Assembly: GCA_051362555.1 (NCBI GenBank)
Contig: CM120644.1
Coordinates: 9,060,954 to 9,124,953, forward strand
DNA: 64,000 nucleotides
Direction of reading: 5' to 3'
From: Lingula anatina
Taxonomy: Eukaryota > Animalia > Brachiopoda
The notes beneath the pieces were generated by a model. That model was not told the origin of the DNA, made no database searches, and was given only the letters and a program-made list of their open reading frames with translations. This document shows positions 26,609 to 41,500 of the stretch, one piece after another. Made by a program: the position numbers and the translations under genes. Positions within the stretch are counted from its first letter, which is position 1. Every line of letters starts with the position of its first letter.

Positions 26609-28144
26609 TATTTTACTTGGTATAATGACATTTTAGAAAAGATGAAATTGTCTACAACGCCAGAATTTTTATTGATGCGAAAATCATTATTAACATTTTA
26701 GAATATTTATCGGAATAGGAACTGTTCTTGCTCAAACTTTAGGTTATCTAACGTGAAAGGATAAAATAACGAGGTAGAGGGTTCTATGGTCTAACGTCCA
26801 AGAACATTTCAATGCCAATTTACTTTCCTCTTAAGGAGTACCGGTACAATGCAGCAGGTTATACAAATTTTAATAGATGAACAAAAATGTTTAATATGTA
26901 TAATTAGTTTTCAAAACAATGCTGAATAACAGACAGGATTTTGACACAATATTTACAATATCTCCTTAAGTTATTGTTTGTGTGCCTGTTACGAGTCTTT
27001 TATGCACTGTGCTTCCTATGTATCCGTTAATAATGCCATGTATATAACTATTTCAAAACATTCCGAAGGCTGGTCCAAACAAGAAAGAAGCATATATTTC
27101 AAAACTTTCAGTTTACGTGAAATAAAGAGCGGGCGCATTCGACGCTTTCCGGAAGTGCAGACGAACAGTTAAAAGTAGTAATGAGATTAGAAAAAATAAG
27201 TCGGTGCTCACATAAAAGTAAACATTGCGAAAGTATGCATTCTACATAAAAACATAAGAAAAAAAAATAAATACGGTTCAAATGCATTTATTTTTAGTTA
27301 GGTAGGCACAACACGAGGGATGAAACGTACTTTTACATTGTCTCTTTGATTCAGTATGCTACCCATATTAGGAACGACGAAAGCTTGTATTTAACCAATT
27401 TTTATTATTAAAAGATATAAGAAATCATATTTATGTATTACACAGCACAATTAAAATAGTGATTAAAAGAAAAAAAGATAGGTGGTGGGCACGTTAAAAA
27501 TGAGAAAAAATATTAAACGTAAAAATATACAGAATTGAACACGACTCGAATTTACATCCCACTATCCATACTGACTTGACAATACTGACTTGTGTGTATG
27601 GTGTCTGCAGCTTAATTGTAAACATGTTGTTAAACTTTATTCTGGCATTCCCGCATAATGTTACTTCCATGGAAGAAGCACTAAACGTACTTCAGGAACA
27701 CTGCTGTTTCTACATATGCATGCTGCTAATATTAAAGATGTAGAAAATTTGAGAAATATTTACTGGGTTTCTTATGACTTCTTTATCTCACTGCACGTTC
27801 ACGATACTGGGTAACAACAATGGGTTATCATCTTTTAAAGTCTTCTAAAATAATCCTATATGTTGGACTACAATGGGGTGCCTTCATGTGAAAGGGGATG
27901 GATTTTTCTTATCATAACAAACCGTTTTGTGCTTCATAATTTTGCTGTGTATTTATAACTTCTTAATTATTATCTGAGGCACTCGAACAGCGCTTAAATC
28001 TGGGACACAGCCATACCAGTCTGTTTGCAGCTGTACATTATGGAAAAGAAAGCTATCAGAATAGTATTGTCATGTTTTTTTAGTAATTTCAGTGATCATT
28101 AACGGCATGCACACCGCAGAAATACAAAAAATTGTTCTTCGTCG

Positions 28145-30771
28145 CAAAGGATGAGTGCGAATAACCATTGGCAAAGTGCCCATCGTCAAAATTTTTTTTT
28201 AATTTGCTATTATAAAGATTATACATATATTGGTTGTGTGATAAAATATTATTTGGTTTGAGGCATCGTAACTTAGTATTTTAATGAGTTGTATGTGGGG
28301 GGGGGGGGGGTAGCCGGATTTACCTGTTGTATGCAGTCTAATGAATCAGAGCAACTTGTTTAAGCATATATATTACATAAATGATTTTTTGTCTAATGAA
28401 CCTTGTCTTATGATGTAAAAGAGTTATATGTTAAATAATTGTGGTGTGGCACAAGTAAATGGGAAAGTAATTATGTTTTCTTTTTTTTATCCTAGAGAAG
28501 ATAGGGAGGGGTGGCATATTACGGTATTTTATCACAGAAGCCATCATTGATTTCACTGTATAAAAGTCTTGGAACTAGAAAAACTTGTTTCAGTGTATTT
28601 ATTAATTTTATATAACTTTTCTCACAGAACAGCATTTGTTGGTCTAAATAATTGTATTTTTAACCAATACACACTTTGTACAAGGCTCTAAGGAATAGTA
28701 AAAATTGCTAAAAGCAAAAGGCTGTTACAGTACGTAACAACAACAAAAGAAATCATGTGTAAAAGCACTCTAAACAGCTATTTGGAATGTTTCCATTAAC
28801 CATAAAATAAACAAGGTTTAAATTGTACCAAAATAATAATAAGGTATAACTAAAAACTAAATGAAAATATATAACACATAATAACAGTTATGGCCAATAA
28901 TCTGTATGACAATGAAATTAAATCACCTAAAAAGTACTTCATATATGATTATGTATGTGATAAAGAGCTTGTATAGAATGCAATGCAAGAGTTATTTTAT
29001 ACAAAATATACAAATATGAGTATAAAAAATGTATAAAGAAACAAAAGATAATTAATCAGATATGCTGTCCAAAATGCTTTTTGTCTCACTAATACTGTCA
29101 CCACTTGATGTTGGTAAATGTGAGATATCCAAACAGCCTTCTCCACAACATAATTTTCGATTGTATCCCTGCCTCATAGCAAACCCCATATACCACAGGA
29201 CTGAAGTGATATGTGCACAACTTCCAACTGTCTTGGAACCAGCTTTACACTGTCAGTACCAGACACTGATGGGTCTAGTTTTGCTACGGGAGGTCTGAAT
29301 CCATAAGGTGTACTGGTGGCAATAGATGTGTGCCTTAATTAACTATTTTGGCTTTGATTAAATCAGGTGCATCCTTGCATACACTGATATCAAACTGGCC
29401 ATCTAGCAGATGCTCATCAGTATATTGGCTAGCTTCTTTTATCTGGTAAACTTCTGGTATTTATTATAAGCTGGTGGTCTCTTGTTGGACTATTTACCAA
29501 GTCAATGGGTTTTCACAGATTTCCTTGACAAATAAAGCTATATAAAATAGCATTTTGGTGAAAATAAAAGAAAAAAAAACTCTGCAAAGCTATTATGAAT
29601 AGTGCTGTTGTGGAAGATTGGGTCATAAGTAACAAAACTAGGGTGTGTGGGATGGAGCCTTTTATTTTACTTTTCATGCAAAATACACATAAAAGGGGAC
29701 ATTTACACAACACTTTTGGTTGTACAAAATGTCCTTTCATGCCCATTAGAGGGGGTTGAGTCAAGTCACCTTTATGTGTAGAGGTCTATTACAGCATGGG
29801 TCTCTATATAAAGTAGGAGCCACCACAATGTACATCTGCTATTTAGATAATTAATATAAATTTGAATATCTGAAGCACATTTTACATTTAATCTTTCTTA
29901 ATCCTAAGAAATAAGAATCAAAGTATGATATACTTACTGTATTTGGACTCTATTTCCTATCCATATCCCCCCCCCCTTTTTTTTTTTTTTTTTTTTTGGA
30001 TAGCATGCATTACATGAAAATGACTTTTCTTTTTTTGGTTGTAATTGAAAATATTTTACTGACTCTATTTTTCTTTCAAAGACCTACATTTCATTTTGGG
30101 TTGTTCTTTTTGTACAAAAGTTTCACTGTATCTGCCTAGCCATCCTATGTAAGCATGTAGCAACTACCTCATGGCAGGAATAAACATGGCCGCCTGCTAG
30201 CATATGGACTGAAAATGTCCCTATTTAGTTTGAGTACATATCGAGCCCAACCCTCAGACAAGCTGATTTTCACATATATCTCACCTTATATTCATATCTT
30301 TTCAACCATGAATAATTAGCTTGTCTGAGGCAGGGGCTCATATAAAAAATGAACATCTTTTATCCTCAAGTCACTGTAAGTTTCTTCTTTCAATCAGCAC
30401 TACATTTAAGAATAAAGCAATCAAAATATTGATCACAAGCAGTGATTGGCCACTTATTGCCTTTGTTTTTTACACTGGCACCTTCTGTACCCAATTACAA
30501 AATTTCACAGTTGTCACCTTACTATAACTAAAGATATGTAGCATTACAATTCAGACCTCCCCTAAAACACACATTTTCATGAATATTTGACAAGGTCATT
30601 TTGCTATTAATTTTTTATATTTCAAATTCAATAAAAAATATTTTTTATGTGGATCATAAAAGTGTAAGACCCCAACTTTAATTTGGCATCAATTTTTTTT
30701 CATTCATTCACAATTTATTTTTCATGTACAAAAGTGGGCACTTTTACCCCCTTATTCGCACTCATCCTTTG
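28145..30771 (-). mobile_element. 2.6-kb degenerate DNA transposon with a SWIM zinc-finger relic
   Basis: 20-bp perfect TIRs caaaggatgagtgcgaataa / ttattcgcactcatcctttg. Minus strand ~29170-29460 reads VYQIKEASQYTDEH..DLIKAKI..YTLWIQ..WY*QCKAGSKTVGSCAHITSVLWYMGF. Both flanks match adjoining parts of one inverted homologous block at ~42520-42980. Confidence 0.8.
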
Positions 30772-31082
30772 ATTGTTGAAGAAAAGGTGTTATTTTGTCT
30801 TACCATCGTTTCCGTTTCAACTTCAGTACAAAATATGATCTCTCATACACGTGAACTACACAAAAAGTTCATTTTGGATTTAAATTCCTGAAATACACTC
30901 TGCTTTCCATAAAACAACAAGGTGCAAGGAAATCCTGTCATCTTTTCGTGTAATCACATCTGTTATGACCAAGTCCTGGGCCCCGTATCTCGAAAACTTC
31001 GCTATTTTGCGCACGTGCGCGAGCATGGCGAGCGTGAGCTATTTGCGAGTGCGATTGCACCCACCTGCTATCTCGAAGCCTT

Positions 31083-31419
31083 AAGCCTAGGTCCCAACTA
31101 CGTTTTGGACGCACGGTTTTTAGGTTCCTTGCGTCCGTCTAGGACGTAGCTAAATCGCAGAGAGGGAATCAAGTAAAGCCTAGGTCCCAACCGAAAGTAT
31201 GGGCTGCTACGTGTGGTCTACGGCCAAAAAATGGGGAAAACGTGGGAGTTCGTGCGTGAGGAACACGTCCATCGTGCGACTTTTGGAGGACGCAAACAGC
31301 ACGTAGAAACTTTTCGACACGATCAACAGCCGCTACGTGCGATCTAGTAGCTACGTCCTAGCCGGACGCAAGGAACCAAGAAACCGTGCGTCCAAAACGT
31401 AGTTGGGACCTAGGCTTTA
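31083..31419. mobile_element. MITE with ~70-bp TIRs
   Basis: aagcctaggtcccaactacgttttggacgcacgg... mirrored by ...ccgtgcgtccaaaacgtagttgggacctaggctt. Confidence 0.85.
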
Positions 31420-32148
31420 GCAAACGCAACGCAATTATTATTTCAAACTCTACTAAAATTCGATTGCCGCATAAAGTGAAGACGTCATAACACAATTACA
31501 CAAAATGTAATTTTTTTCACCATGACGCTAATCAAGAGGTTGTTTTTATTTATAGGAATATCATAATTACAAATACTGATATTTGAAGTGTTTGACACCA
31601 ATAAAATGTCAAAAACAATTCAATAAGCGAAGCTTGGACTGACACAATTACTGACGCATTGATGAGAAGTGTTCAGTCTCACAATAATAGACATTGAGGA
31701 AGGTCACGGTGCGACCGAATGCTTTGTTTCTGCTTTTTCAGTTTGAGTAATAAACATTTTGTACCTTGTTTGAGTAATAAACATTTTGTACCTTCACACG
31801 TTAACTGCCGAGGCGCGTCGTTTTTAACCGCAGATGATTTCATTTTAACTCGCCTACTCGTACTCTCGTGACCCAATGGTCAGAGTCATCGTAATGATGA
31901 TGAGAATTAATGCTTCCAAGATAGATGAAATGTATGTAGAAAAAATAGGAATGATAAGAACACAAAGTCAATTTTCAAGAATGTTAGGAATATTCATAGA
32001 CACTGCTTCCTACATACTGTAGATATAGAGCAAACATGATAATATAATAATGAAATATTCATTTTAAATTTAAATTCCAAATCCGTTCAGTAGTCTTTAC
32101 AATAAGTATAATTATGTGAGTTACATATATAACAACCGTTAGACACTA

Positions 32149-32447
32149 GGGCCCAGTTTCACAAAGGACGTTTAGCACTAACCAGTGTTTAAGTCTAACC
32201 AGTGAATAAATTCTCCTAACACCTGTTAACTAAACGTCAGTTGAAATTGTGTTTCATAAACAGTGTTTAAACAGCCAGTTAGTTAACAGACCTTTAAATA
32301 TTATATCCAGTTAAACACTGGACAGTTTGAACACTGTTTATAAAACACAATTTTAACCATTTTTTAGTTAATGGGTGTTGGGATAATTTATCCACTGTTT
32401 AGGCTTATACACTGGTTAGTGCTAAACGTCCTTTATGAAACTGGGCC
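32149..32447. mobile_element. Fold-back MITE with Harbinger/Tourist-like GGCCC ends
   Basis: ggcccagtttca.aaaggacgtttagcactaaccagtgt mirrored by acactggttagtgctaaacgtcctttatgaaactgggcc; nearly the whole element is palindromic. Confidence 0.85.
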
Positions 32448-32906
32448 TAGGTCATTACAATCTGTATTAACTGTCTCGCCTCCCTGGGGAGGGGCTGTTC
32501 AATAATGCAGGTATGTCAGAAAACTAATTTAATATTTTAATCTACTGGTATATTAAGGTACAAGTATTAAATGAAAACCATGTATATGCGGTGGATTTGG
32601 AGGAGTTATCAACTTTTTCCAAAGTCAAATACTAGTATCTGCATAAAAGCTGTTCTTCTGTGGGCTGTGGGTTTTGGAAAACGGACTGAAGGGTGTCCAT
32701 TTTGAGCATGTCACCACCATTCTTTTTCTATTAGTCTACACATGAGTCTTTTCTAACGAAACTTACTAAGTAATATAAACATTGATATCATAATATATTT
32801 TTGTTAGGTAATATAACGACTAAATAAACTTGAAGTGGTACATCATCAAATACATTTACAAGTACATATCAATTTCTGCCTTCCGTATTGTTATATTACA
32901 CCCCAT

Positions 32907-33105
32907 TTCCATAGATTAGATCGACCTACTTTAGATCAACCTAACTCCCTGGGGGTTCACGCTAAATAGCTGTCAGCCGGGCGGACACGAAAGTCAATTA
33001 TCCCCTTACAGCTTGTAGTAGGCGGGACGGACATTTAAGTAGGATTATCTGAAAGTAATCTAGTGAGACTCCCCGCGGGGATAGATCGATCTAAAATCTA
33101 TGGGA
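32907..33105. mobile_element. Probable MITE with imperfect TIRs
   Basis: ttccatagattagatcga at the left end, tcgatctaaaatctatgggaa at the right end. Confidence 0.55.
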
Positions 33106-33220
33106 ATAGAGCCTAAGTCTATTCCTCCATATAACAGGTATAAACATATTGCATCAATGTTCTTTGTGCTTTATAACGACGTCCTCAAAATAAAATGTTA
33201 ATCTATATAGAAGTATCAAA

Positions 33221-34644
33221 TCAATTGATTACGGCTTTCTTGATAATAATATAATGGATTTTCAGAGGAAAGCACCACATTCCCTCACTATCATGGTACA
33301 GGCCATGCTTGTATCCATCACTCTTTACATAATCCATGCAGGATTGGAGAATACGTTGATCGAATGGCGACTGGCCTGCACATAGCCCGTTAAGACAAGC
33401 GATAGAGACAGCAGTTCCAACCTTTAACAATGTCGGCAAAACAACCTGGCGGACTACTTTATCAAGCTGGAATTTAGCCTTATACATTGGAAAAGACGCA
33501 TTTAAAACATCTGCAATGCCACCATTAAACAGAAGATCTTGCCAGACTTCAAATAGCAACTTGTGGTTTTTCACCTTATGTGGAAATAAAACCTCTGAAC
33601 AATTCAGAGACGAGGCTCCAAGTAAATCATCTTCGTGTTTATCTAATACTATAACCATCTGCCCTCCCGGTTTAAGGATGGCATACATTGCAGAGATGGC
33701 TTGCTTCATATTCTCGTATGGATCAAAGGGATCTTCGAAGATACTTGTCAGATGATATAGGACGTGCACTGCCAGTACCCTGTCCTGCAACTCTTGTGGA
33801 TAGGCTTTCAAAGCCCTCAAATATTGTACAGATTGTCCAAGGTAGTTTTTAAGAGGCCCGGGGTAAGCTATACCAATGGAAGCCTTGCCAATATTCTCAA
33901 TCAACTTCATGTACTCTGTCAGAGAACCCTTGTGTGGTTCTTCCACGCTGATGATCATTTGCTTATCAAGGTCGTCCAGTTTTCTGTAGATGGGCGCCAT
34001 TATTGTTTCTCCATCACCTCCTCCAAAGTCCATGATGCGTACTGGAGACAGTATCTCTGATTGGTTAAGTATGTCCCAAAGTTTACTATCTATGTTTTGG
34101 CCGTGGAACTTTTTGTTGCCTTTAATCATTCTGGAAGTGCATAAAGAAGTAAATAGGGTATGTAACAAGTATAAAAACTCTCTAGCCCTAACAAACACAG
34201 ACGCCATTTATTGTACCACTTGTAGAATTGTAGGCCTTTGAATGATCAGTAACCGTGGACTATTTTGAAGAACAATCTAGTTTTTAGCACAGGGTTACTA
34301 TTAAGGCGTATTCCCAATAAAACTACCGTTCTACGTTGATCGATCCACCTCCGAGGGGCTTCTTGCAGAATGCCCTCATATGGACTGAATGACACCATTG
34401 TTATAATCATCAAAAATTCGCAACGCGATAAATTCAGTGCAAAAACATTTTTGATTAGAAAGGATCAACTAAAGGGTGCACCTACAGATCACAATGTATA
34501 GAATAACGTAATTGCAAAAAGTACTAATACTCACCCTTCGCTTAAGGCACACCAAATTTTGTAGTACGCTTGTGATAAAGTAACCGATTGGAATTCCTCG
34601 AGCAGCTTATGTCGCATCTCGAGCTCGTCGGTAAATTCAGTCAT
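33221..34644 (-). CDS. Methyltransferase copy MT3 (intact, ~339 aa); exons 34644-34535 and 34130-33221
   Basis: Canonical phase-2 GT-AG intron, open frame, DFGGGDGE motif. Confidence 0.9.
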
Positions 34645-35660
34645 TTTCTGCACAATCTATAAACAAACTCAAACAAATCCAACTCAAAACATCTCCTTTT
34701 TATTTTCACAACTAACAATAGCAACCCTTGTGATGTAACTGGTATGACAAATTGCTTGATCGCGTTCTGCAAATAAATCAGGTCACGAAGTCAAAATATT
34801 TTCATACTTTATTCCATGCATAACGTGTGCTGCTTTATGGACAATTTCATCTTTCTAAAAAAATGTCATTATGCCGAGTAAAATAACAATGTAAAATAAC
34901 GTTTTATCCCACGTGCATATACCAGGTATAATTATATAAGAAATAAATAAATAAAAGGTATCTAATTAATAGATTAACTGATTAATAAAGTCAGACTTAT
35001 CATAAACACAGTGATTTTCTGCTTTTCGCAAGGTAGGTCAGTTTAGATAAATAATAAGTTTTGATGTGGAAGGATGAAATAACCAGTGAGTTAAGAGTTC
35101 TATGGTCTAACGTCAAAGAACATTTGAATGCCATTTTACTTTCCTCTTAAGCGGTACCGTTACGAAGTAATAGGTTTTAGCAACTGTAAAGATGAACAAA
35201 AATGTTATATATATATATACTCTAATTAGTTTTCAAAACAATCCTGAATGAGGGACAAAACTTTTGACAATATATAATTATAAGAATTCCCGTTTTTTAG
35301 CGTGCCTGTTGCAAGTCTTTAATGCACTGTGCTTCCTATGTGTCCATTAAATATGTGATGTTTGTAACTAATTCAAAACATTTCTGAAGGGACCACTGGT
35401 CAAAATAAGATAAACAATTTGGAAAACATCCGTTTCAGACTAATAATGAGTACTTTAATGTCTATTTCACGTGATGCATCAACATGTTATATTAAAGTAT
35501 TCCAACGATGAATGGCGGCGTCTAGATGTTACACAATATTTCTAGACCAATAAATATGTATTGAAATATGGATGCCTGCTTCAAATGAATCACGACTGGA
35601 TTTCTCAAACTACATTACCAAATAGAGAGAAGTACGGAGATCCAAGGCCTCCAACGTTCT

Positions 35661-35696
<36 letters not shown>

Positions 35697-37233
35697 TGTT
35701 GAAGACAGAAATGATTATGATCCATAATTACATTCAGCATGAAGACCAGTCTCTTTCATTTTAAGCATTAAAATGAATTGTTTACCGTAGTTGTCGGCAA
35801 AATCACATGCACATCTTTCACTCTTGTTCTTCTTGATGGCTGATGCATCCATGCTTTTGAAATGTTAATACATGTATAAGACACGACACAGGTGCCGACT
35901 AATGCCATAATTATGTATTACAGAACAATTAATTTTGCAAATCAAGAAAATCGGTACGCAGTGGTCATCTTAAAATGAGAAAAAAATTAAAATTAAAAAT
36001 GAACAAAATTGAACACGACTCGACTTTTGATCCCACTATACTGTATATACTGAATTGACAAAAGCTGTTTTCACTGTGTGTATGTCTGCAGGTTAATTGT
36101 TAACATGTTGTTAAACTTATGTTCTGGCATACCGGCATGATGTTACTTCCACTAAACTTATTTCACGAACACTGCTGTTTATACACTGTACATGTGCAAG
36201 CTGCGAATGATCAATATGTTAATAAGGATTCCTGCGAGTGAAAAAATTATTAATACACAGTTAAAATGAACGGGGACAGGCTTTTGCAGGATAGATAGCA
36301 AAAACCCACAAACCACATTTCAAGCTATACACTGTATCAAACGTCATTTCAATGAGTTGTCGTATTCAGATTTATCATAATTCCAAAAGAAAGGTCTAGC
36401 AGATCAATTCTTGGTCAAACTATATGTAATTCACTTTTGTATGGATTATGTGAACAGTGATCTTTGCCACTACAGTGAGGGGATGTGGTGCTTTTTAATA
36501 GAAACTTATTATTGCACCATTCAGAAAGACACAAATGAGACAGTTGTTCCAGTCAAGTAACGTTTTGAATTTTAGAACTAGTTGTTTGTAACATCTAGTA
36601 TATTCTAAACCGTAACAAGACTGCCCTCTATTGGCAACAAGTACCAGTCGTATTAAGGTGCTGACCTCTATGTAGCGTATGGTATCCTATAAGTATTTTT
36701 CATTAAGTTTTGGAGCTTCAATTTTCCTGGTCAGGGAGTGTTACCCACATTACATTGTTCTTGGCAAGTAGACTGTGTTTCAGAATCCTTAGAGTTAAAA
36801 CCCAGTGAACAGCTCAGTAAACCCTGTTCAACCAGGAATATAAGTAAACAAAATGTTTTTTTATATCTTTGGTGTCTGATGTAAAGTTATGTTGCACTTT
36901 AGTCGAGTGATTTGATGTTTTAACCCTGTTTCTGAGTTTCTAAAATACTTACAAGGAGCAGCCTGACCCATGTGCCCTGTATAAAGCTTCTTTGCTGTAA
37001 AATTTGGCACTATCTGGTGTTTATAATTCGGTTAAGTGTATATAAATTTTGTTTAATCAGATAGTTTTAAATGGACAATTTAACTTTGCAAGTCAGCAGT
37101 AAAATGCTAAAGCACGTATAATTGTAAGTCTTCTATAGCATTTATGCTAGAGATATGCTCCATCCTTTGTTGCGGGTTCATATTACATTAATTGTGCTGG
37201 CTGTTACAATTCTGCTTGGCGCAAATTGTGCTA

Positions 37234-37647
37234 GTGCGGATTTCTCAACTATGGCATTTTAAAATATTTTAATGATAATTTAAGTTCCATATCTATTGTA
37301 TTAAAGGACTTAGGTGTTTTATTTCATTTTATTTCAGTTTTAACCGTCATTAATGAGTGTACAATACTTGGTGCGGATTTCTCAACTATTGCATTTTAAA
37401 AATATTTTAATGACAATTTAAGTTCCATATCTATTGTATTAAAGGACTTAGGTGTTTTATTTCATTTTATTTCAGTTTTAACCGTCATTAATGAGTGTAC
37501 AATACTTGGTGCGGATTTCTCAACTATAGCATTTTAAAAATATTTTAATGATAATTTAAGTTCCATATCTATTGTATTAAAGGACTTAGGTGTTTTATTT
37601 TATTTTATTTCAGTTTTAACCATCATTGATGAGTGTACAATACTTGG
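37234..37647. repeat. Tandem repeat, 3 x ~138 bp
   Basis: The unit gtgcggatttctcaactat...gagtgtacaatacttg starts at 37234, 37371 and 37509. Confidence 0.95.
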
Positions 37648-38282
37648 TTGATAGGGAAGAGACAAACAATATATTATATATAGCAAGTCTTTTTACTCTC
37701 TTCCCAACACTACGTGTATTACATTTTTAAGGTACATATCTGTATTAAGAAATAATTAACGAGGCAGATTTATCTAGACATACGTGAGGTAGATTGACTG
37801 ACCAGTCGAATTCCGAGAGACGATCAGAGGCAATGTTGTGAGGGGGTGTGGTGCTTTTTTTATAGAAAGTGTTCATCAATGTAATGATTTTATTGCGTTG
37901 ACGTCGAAAAGTTCTCCTGAGTGTTGTTTTTGGAGTAGCGATTCTTGTATTAGTTATAGTTATAGTCACACTTTTAAGTTGTTGATGTCCCACTTAACAC
38001 ATTTTATTCAAGTGTAATAAAGACATGCACAGTTAAGTGCTTAGCATTTTAATGGTACTCCATTTGAAAAAAGAGTAGCACATTCACGGGATTGTTGCCC
38101 CAAGTCAAGTTTTCTTCAGTCATATAAATGCATCACTCACTCAATCTATCATTTCCTTGACCATTACAGAGAGGACATCTGATAACTATCTCACACCAAT
38201 GTACAAAACAGCGAAATTGGCAATCAAAGCTGGACCATCTTATGCGCTCGAGCAAGGGGGTGGTGAATAAAACATGCAAAAA

Positions 38283-38325
<43 letters not shown>

Positions 38326-38596
38326 GGCTGGTTTAAGGCTGGTAAATTTTAAGATAAGTATTTCTCAGAAAAAAAAGTGAAAAAGGACATTTTTCAAAAT
38401 TTAGGTCTTTATAATGCACCGATATCCCCTATTAAGTGCCTGAGCATTCAAATAATATCACCATTTGAAAAAAGGTTACACGTTTATATTGCAGACGCCC
38501 TAATTTCAGCGCCTGACTTTTTACGTGATTTGATTACTAAAGCTATGCTGGTATATGAATAAAGAGGTGTCTATTTTATGGATGATGATGTAAGCC

Positions 38597-41500
38597 ATGG
38601 CTGCCTATACCAAAAACATGTCTGAGACGCCCGAGGAGATAGAGATGAGGCATAAGCTGCTTGAGGAATTCAAATCTGTCTCTTTTTCACAGGGGTACTG
38701 CAAATGGTTTGATATCTTTGAGAAAGGGTAAGCACCGGTAGAAACGTTTTAACGCATAACATAAAATTTGCACTCAGTGGCATTCTAAACACTTAACGAA
38801 GCAAAAGTAGGATTTTTGGGATGAAGAGTTTATAATAATAGAGCTTTCCCAGATATAGTTGAAGGGGTGTTTTGATTGTTGGTGTGGAAAAATTAACAAT
38901 GGGCAGCACTTTGTCAGGGTAAAATGACAGCTGAGAGGGGAACCAATACTACAGTGTAGTACGCTGTAACCGGGGCCAATTCAGGGATATTTTCTGACAG
39001 TATTCCAAATTATCTTTGTTAGCTCATCATTTACTGTCCTATCTTCACCAACGCTCTATCTCTCTCTCTCTCACTCACACACATTTGAGCTTACTAATAT
39101 ACATTTAAATTTTAAATTTATTGAACAGAATGTACAGGGTTAATACTAAATACGGAATGATATTTTTGGAGGGTTAATTTTCTACAAAATATTTGTTTTC
39201 TCTCTTACTATTTTAAATCCGAAACTGAGGTGGCACTCCATGTGTGGCCAGGTGTGTCACCTAATTACCACACAACTGTCGAAACAATTGATTCATGCAG
39301 TTGCATGTTCTGTGGTCAGAAATGTGAGGGGTGGTCTTTTCGGCAATTTCTGCCCTTGTACATAAAACGCATGGGTTTGGTCAATCTTTGGAGTGTATTT
39401 CAAGAAGCAACAAAGGGATCGCAATGAAACTTGACAGATACCTTAGAGAAGATATGGTTCGACAGCTAAGCAACGGGACTTTCTATGGGGTTCATAAACG
39501 GGGAGCCATTGCCAGGCATTTCAATATTTATCAATATTTATCAGGGAACCGTTAGTAATGTCCCCTAGGGTGTCCTCATATTACAACAAGAAGACAGGAT
39601 CGCCTTCATCTTAGACTGTGTTGTGCTGGTCGTACAAAGACAACCAGTGTCCTCAGAAGAGATTGGCAGAATGTCATTCAAACGCCCGTTTCAAAGTCTC
39701 TCGTGAACAAGAGATTACTGCAAGCCAGTTATTTTGCAAGAAGACCAGTACGGAGACCGCGGTTAACAGCAGGTCATGTACAGCGACGTCTGTAATGGGC
39801 TGGGGACCAAGTGCGTTTTGCAGCCAAACCACTGGAATCACATTGATTTCATTAATGAGTCCAGATATGGAGATTTTAGGGTTGACGGTCGAATCCGTGT
39901 ATGCCAGCGTGTGTGACAGGCATATGACGATGATCTTGTACTGCCTGGGGTGCAAGCAGGGCTGGTGGTGTCTCTGTTTGGGGAGCATTTCATGTCGGTG
40001 CCCAGAACCAGTGGTTTTTTTAGAAGGCACCAGAACCTTAACCAGGGTTCCTGCAGAAACATTCTACAGCAAACAACACTTCCCTTTGTAAGAGCCAACT
40101 TCATGAACAACTTTGTGTACCAAGACGATTACGCACCCTCACATCGAGCTCGCAGAATCACTGCTTTTCTTCAAAACCAAGGGGTTCAGCAACTGCCCTG
40201 GCCTGCAAACTCCCCAGATATAAACCCAATCGAAAATCTGTGGGCGGAAGTAACTCGAAGCATAAATAGCTATGGTCATCAGGCGGTAAATCGTGATGAA
40301 CTACGACAGGCAAATATCACTGCGTGAAATGATATCCCCATCCAAACTTTGGAAAACTTGTCAAAGGGTATGCCATAAAGTGTGAGGGCGCTGCAAGCGG
40401 CTGCTGGAGGTCTTACCCGCTACTGATTGCTTTTCATGATTTACTGTTATGAGTTCTTTGCCTGTGCAGCATATCACTGTCCGGAGGCTATCGTTTTCTT
40501 TAATATCTCAGCTGAAAGTTAAAACTGATATCAAACTGTTGATATCAAATTGTTGGTTTTCTGGGGGTGTTCTTTTCCTTTGAATGACATCTTTTGTCAT
40601 ATTTGAAATTATTGATCAAAATATCTCACAATGGAAGACTGGATATTTTTATCACTCAATGACATACTTTTTTGATGAATAAAGCCAAACATTTTTAATG
40701 ATGCTAAATGGTGAATTTAGTCATATCTAGTTCAGCTAACCTTTTTCTAATGGCTGACAAAACGCTAGTCAATTAAGAAAGAGAACTTCATGTGCAATGT
40801 AGATTAAATGATATTATTAGGAATACCACATTTTTAGAAAATGTGTTTATAACTTAAGGCTCATTAGATACATTGTAGAAGATTAAAATTAAAAACAAGA
40901 TACCAAATGCGTTTCTTTGATTAATGATCTTGCCCTATTTATATGTTTTCTTTTATATACAGAGTAAATGAAGATATGAGGAGGAATGTCAATCAAAATT
41001 CTGAACTTATACTGTGGGAGATTTTGAACCTGTCAGAAGTTACTTCTCCGGTTCGTTTAATGGACTTCGGGGGAGGTAAAGGGGGGCCTATACAGGCTGT
41101 CTGCCGAAAAATGGAAAGTCTACACAAACAAATGATCATCAGTGTGGTAGAACCAAAAAAGGAATACCTTGATCAGTACAAAGTGTCCATTGACCGTATA
41201 AGCAACGCTTGTCTCGATATAACCTATTGCGGGCAATTTCAAGAATACTATGGGCAATCTATAGATGATCTGAGAGCCAAAAGAGCTTATCCACAACAAT
41301 TGCAGGACAGAGCGTTAGCTGTACACGTCCTATACCATCTGACAAGTATCTACCATGACCCCTATGATCCGTATGAGGATATGAAGCAAGCCGTTTTTGC
41401 AATGTATGCCATTCTTAAACCAGGAGGGCAGATGGTTATCGTAATGTGTAATCATGCTGATAATCTAATTGGAATTGCGCCTTTGAAGTGTTGTGAGATT

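Noticed and set aside
37234-37647. Regular repeats that might suggest a CRISPR-like array
   Set aside because: Three head-to-tail ~138-bp units with no unique spacers, in a eukaryotic context; this is a plain tandem repeat.
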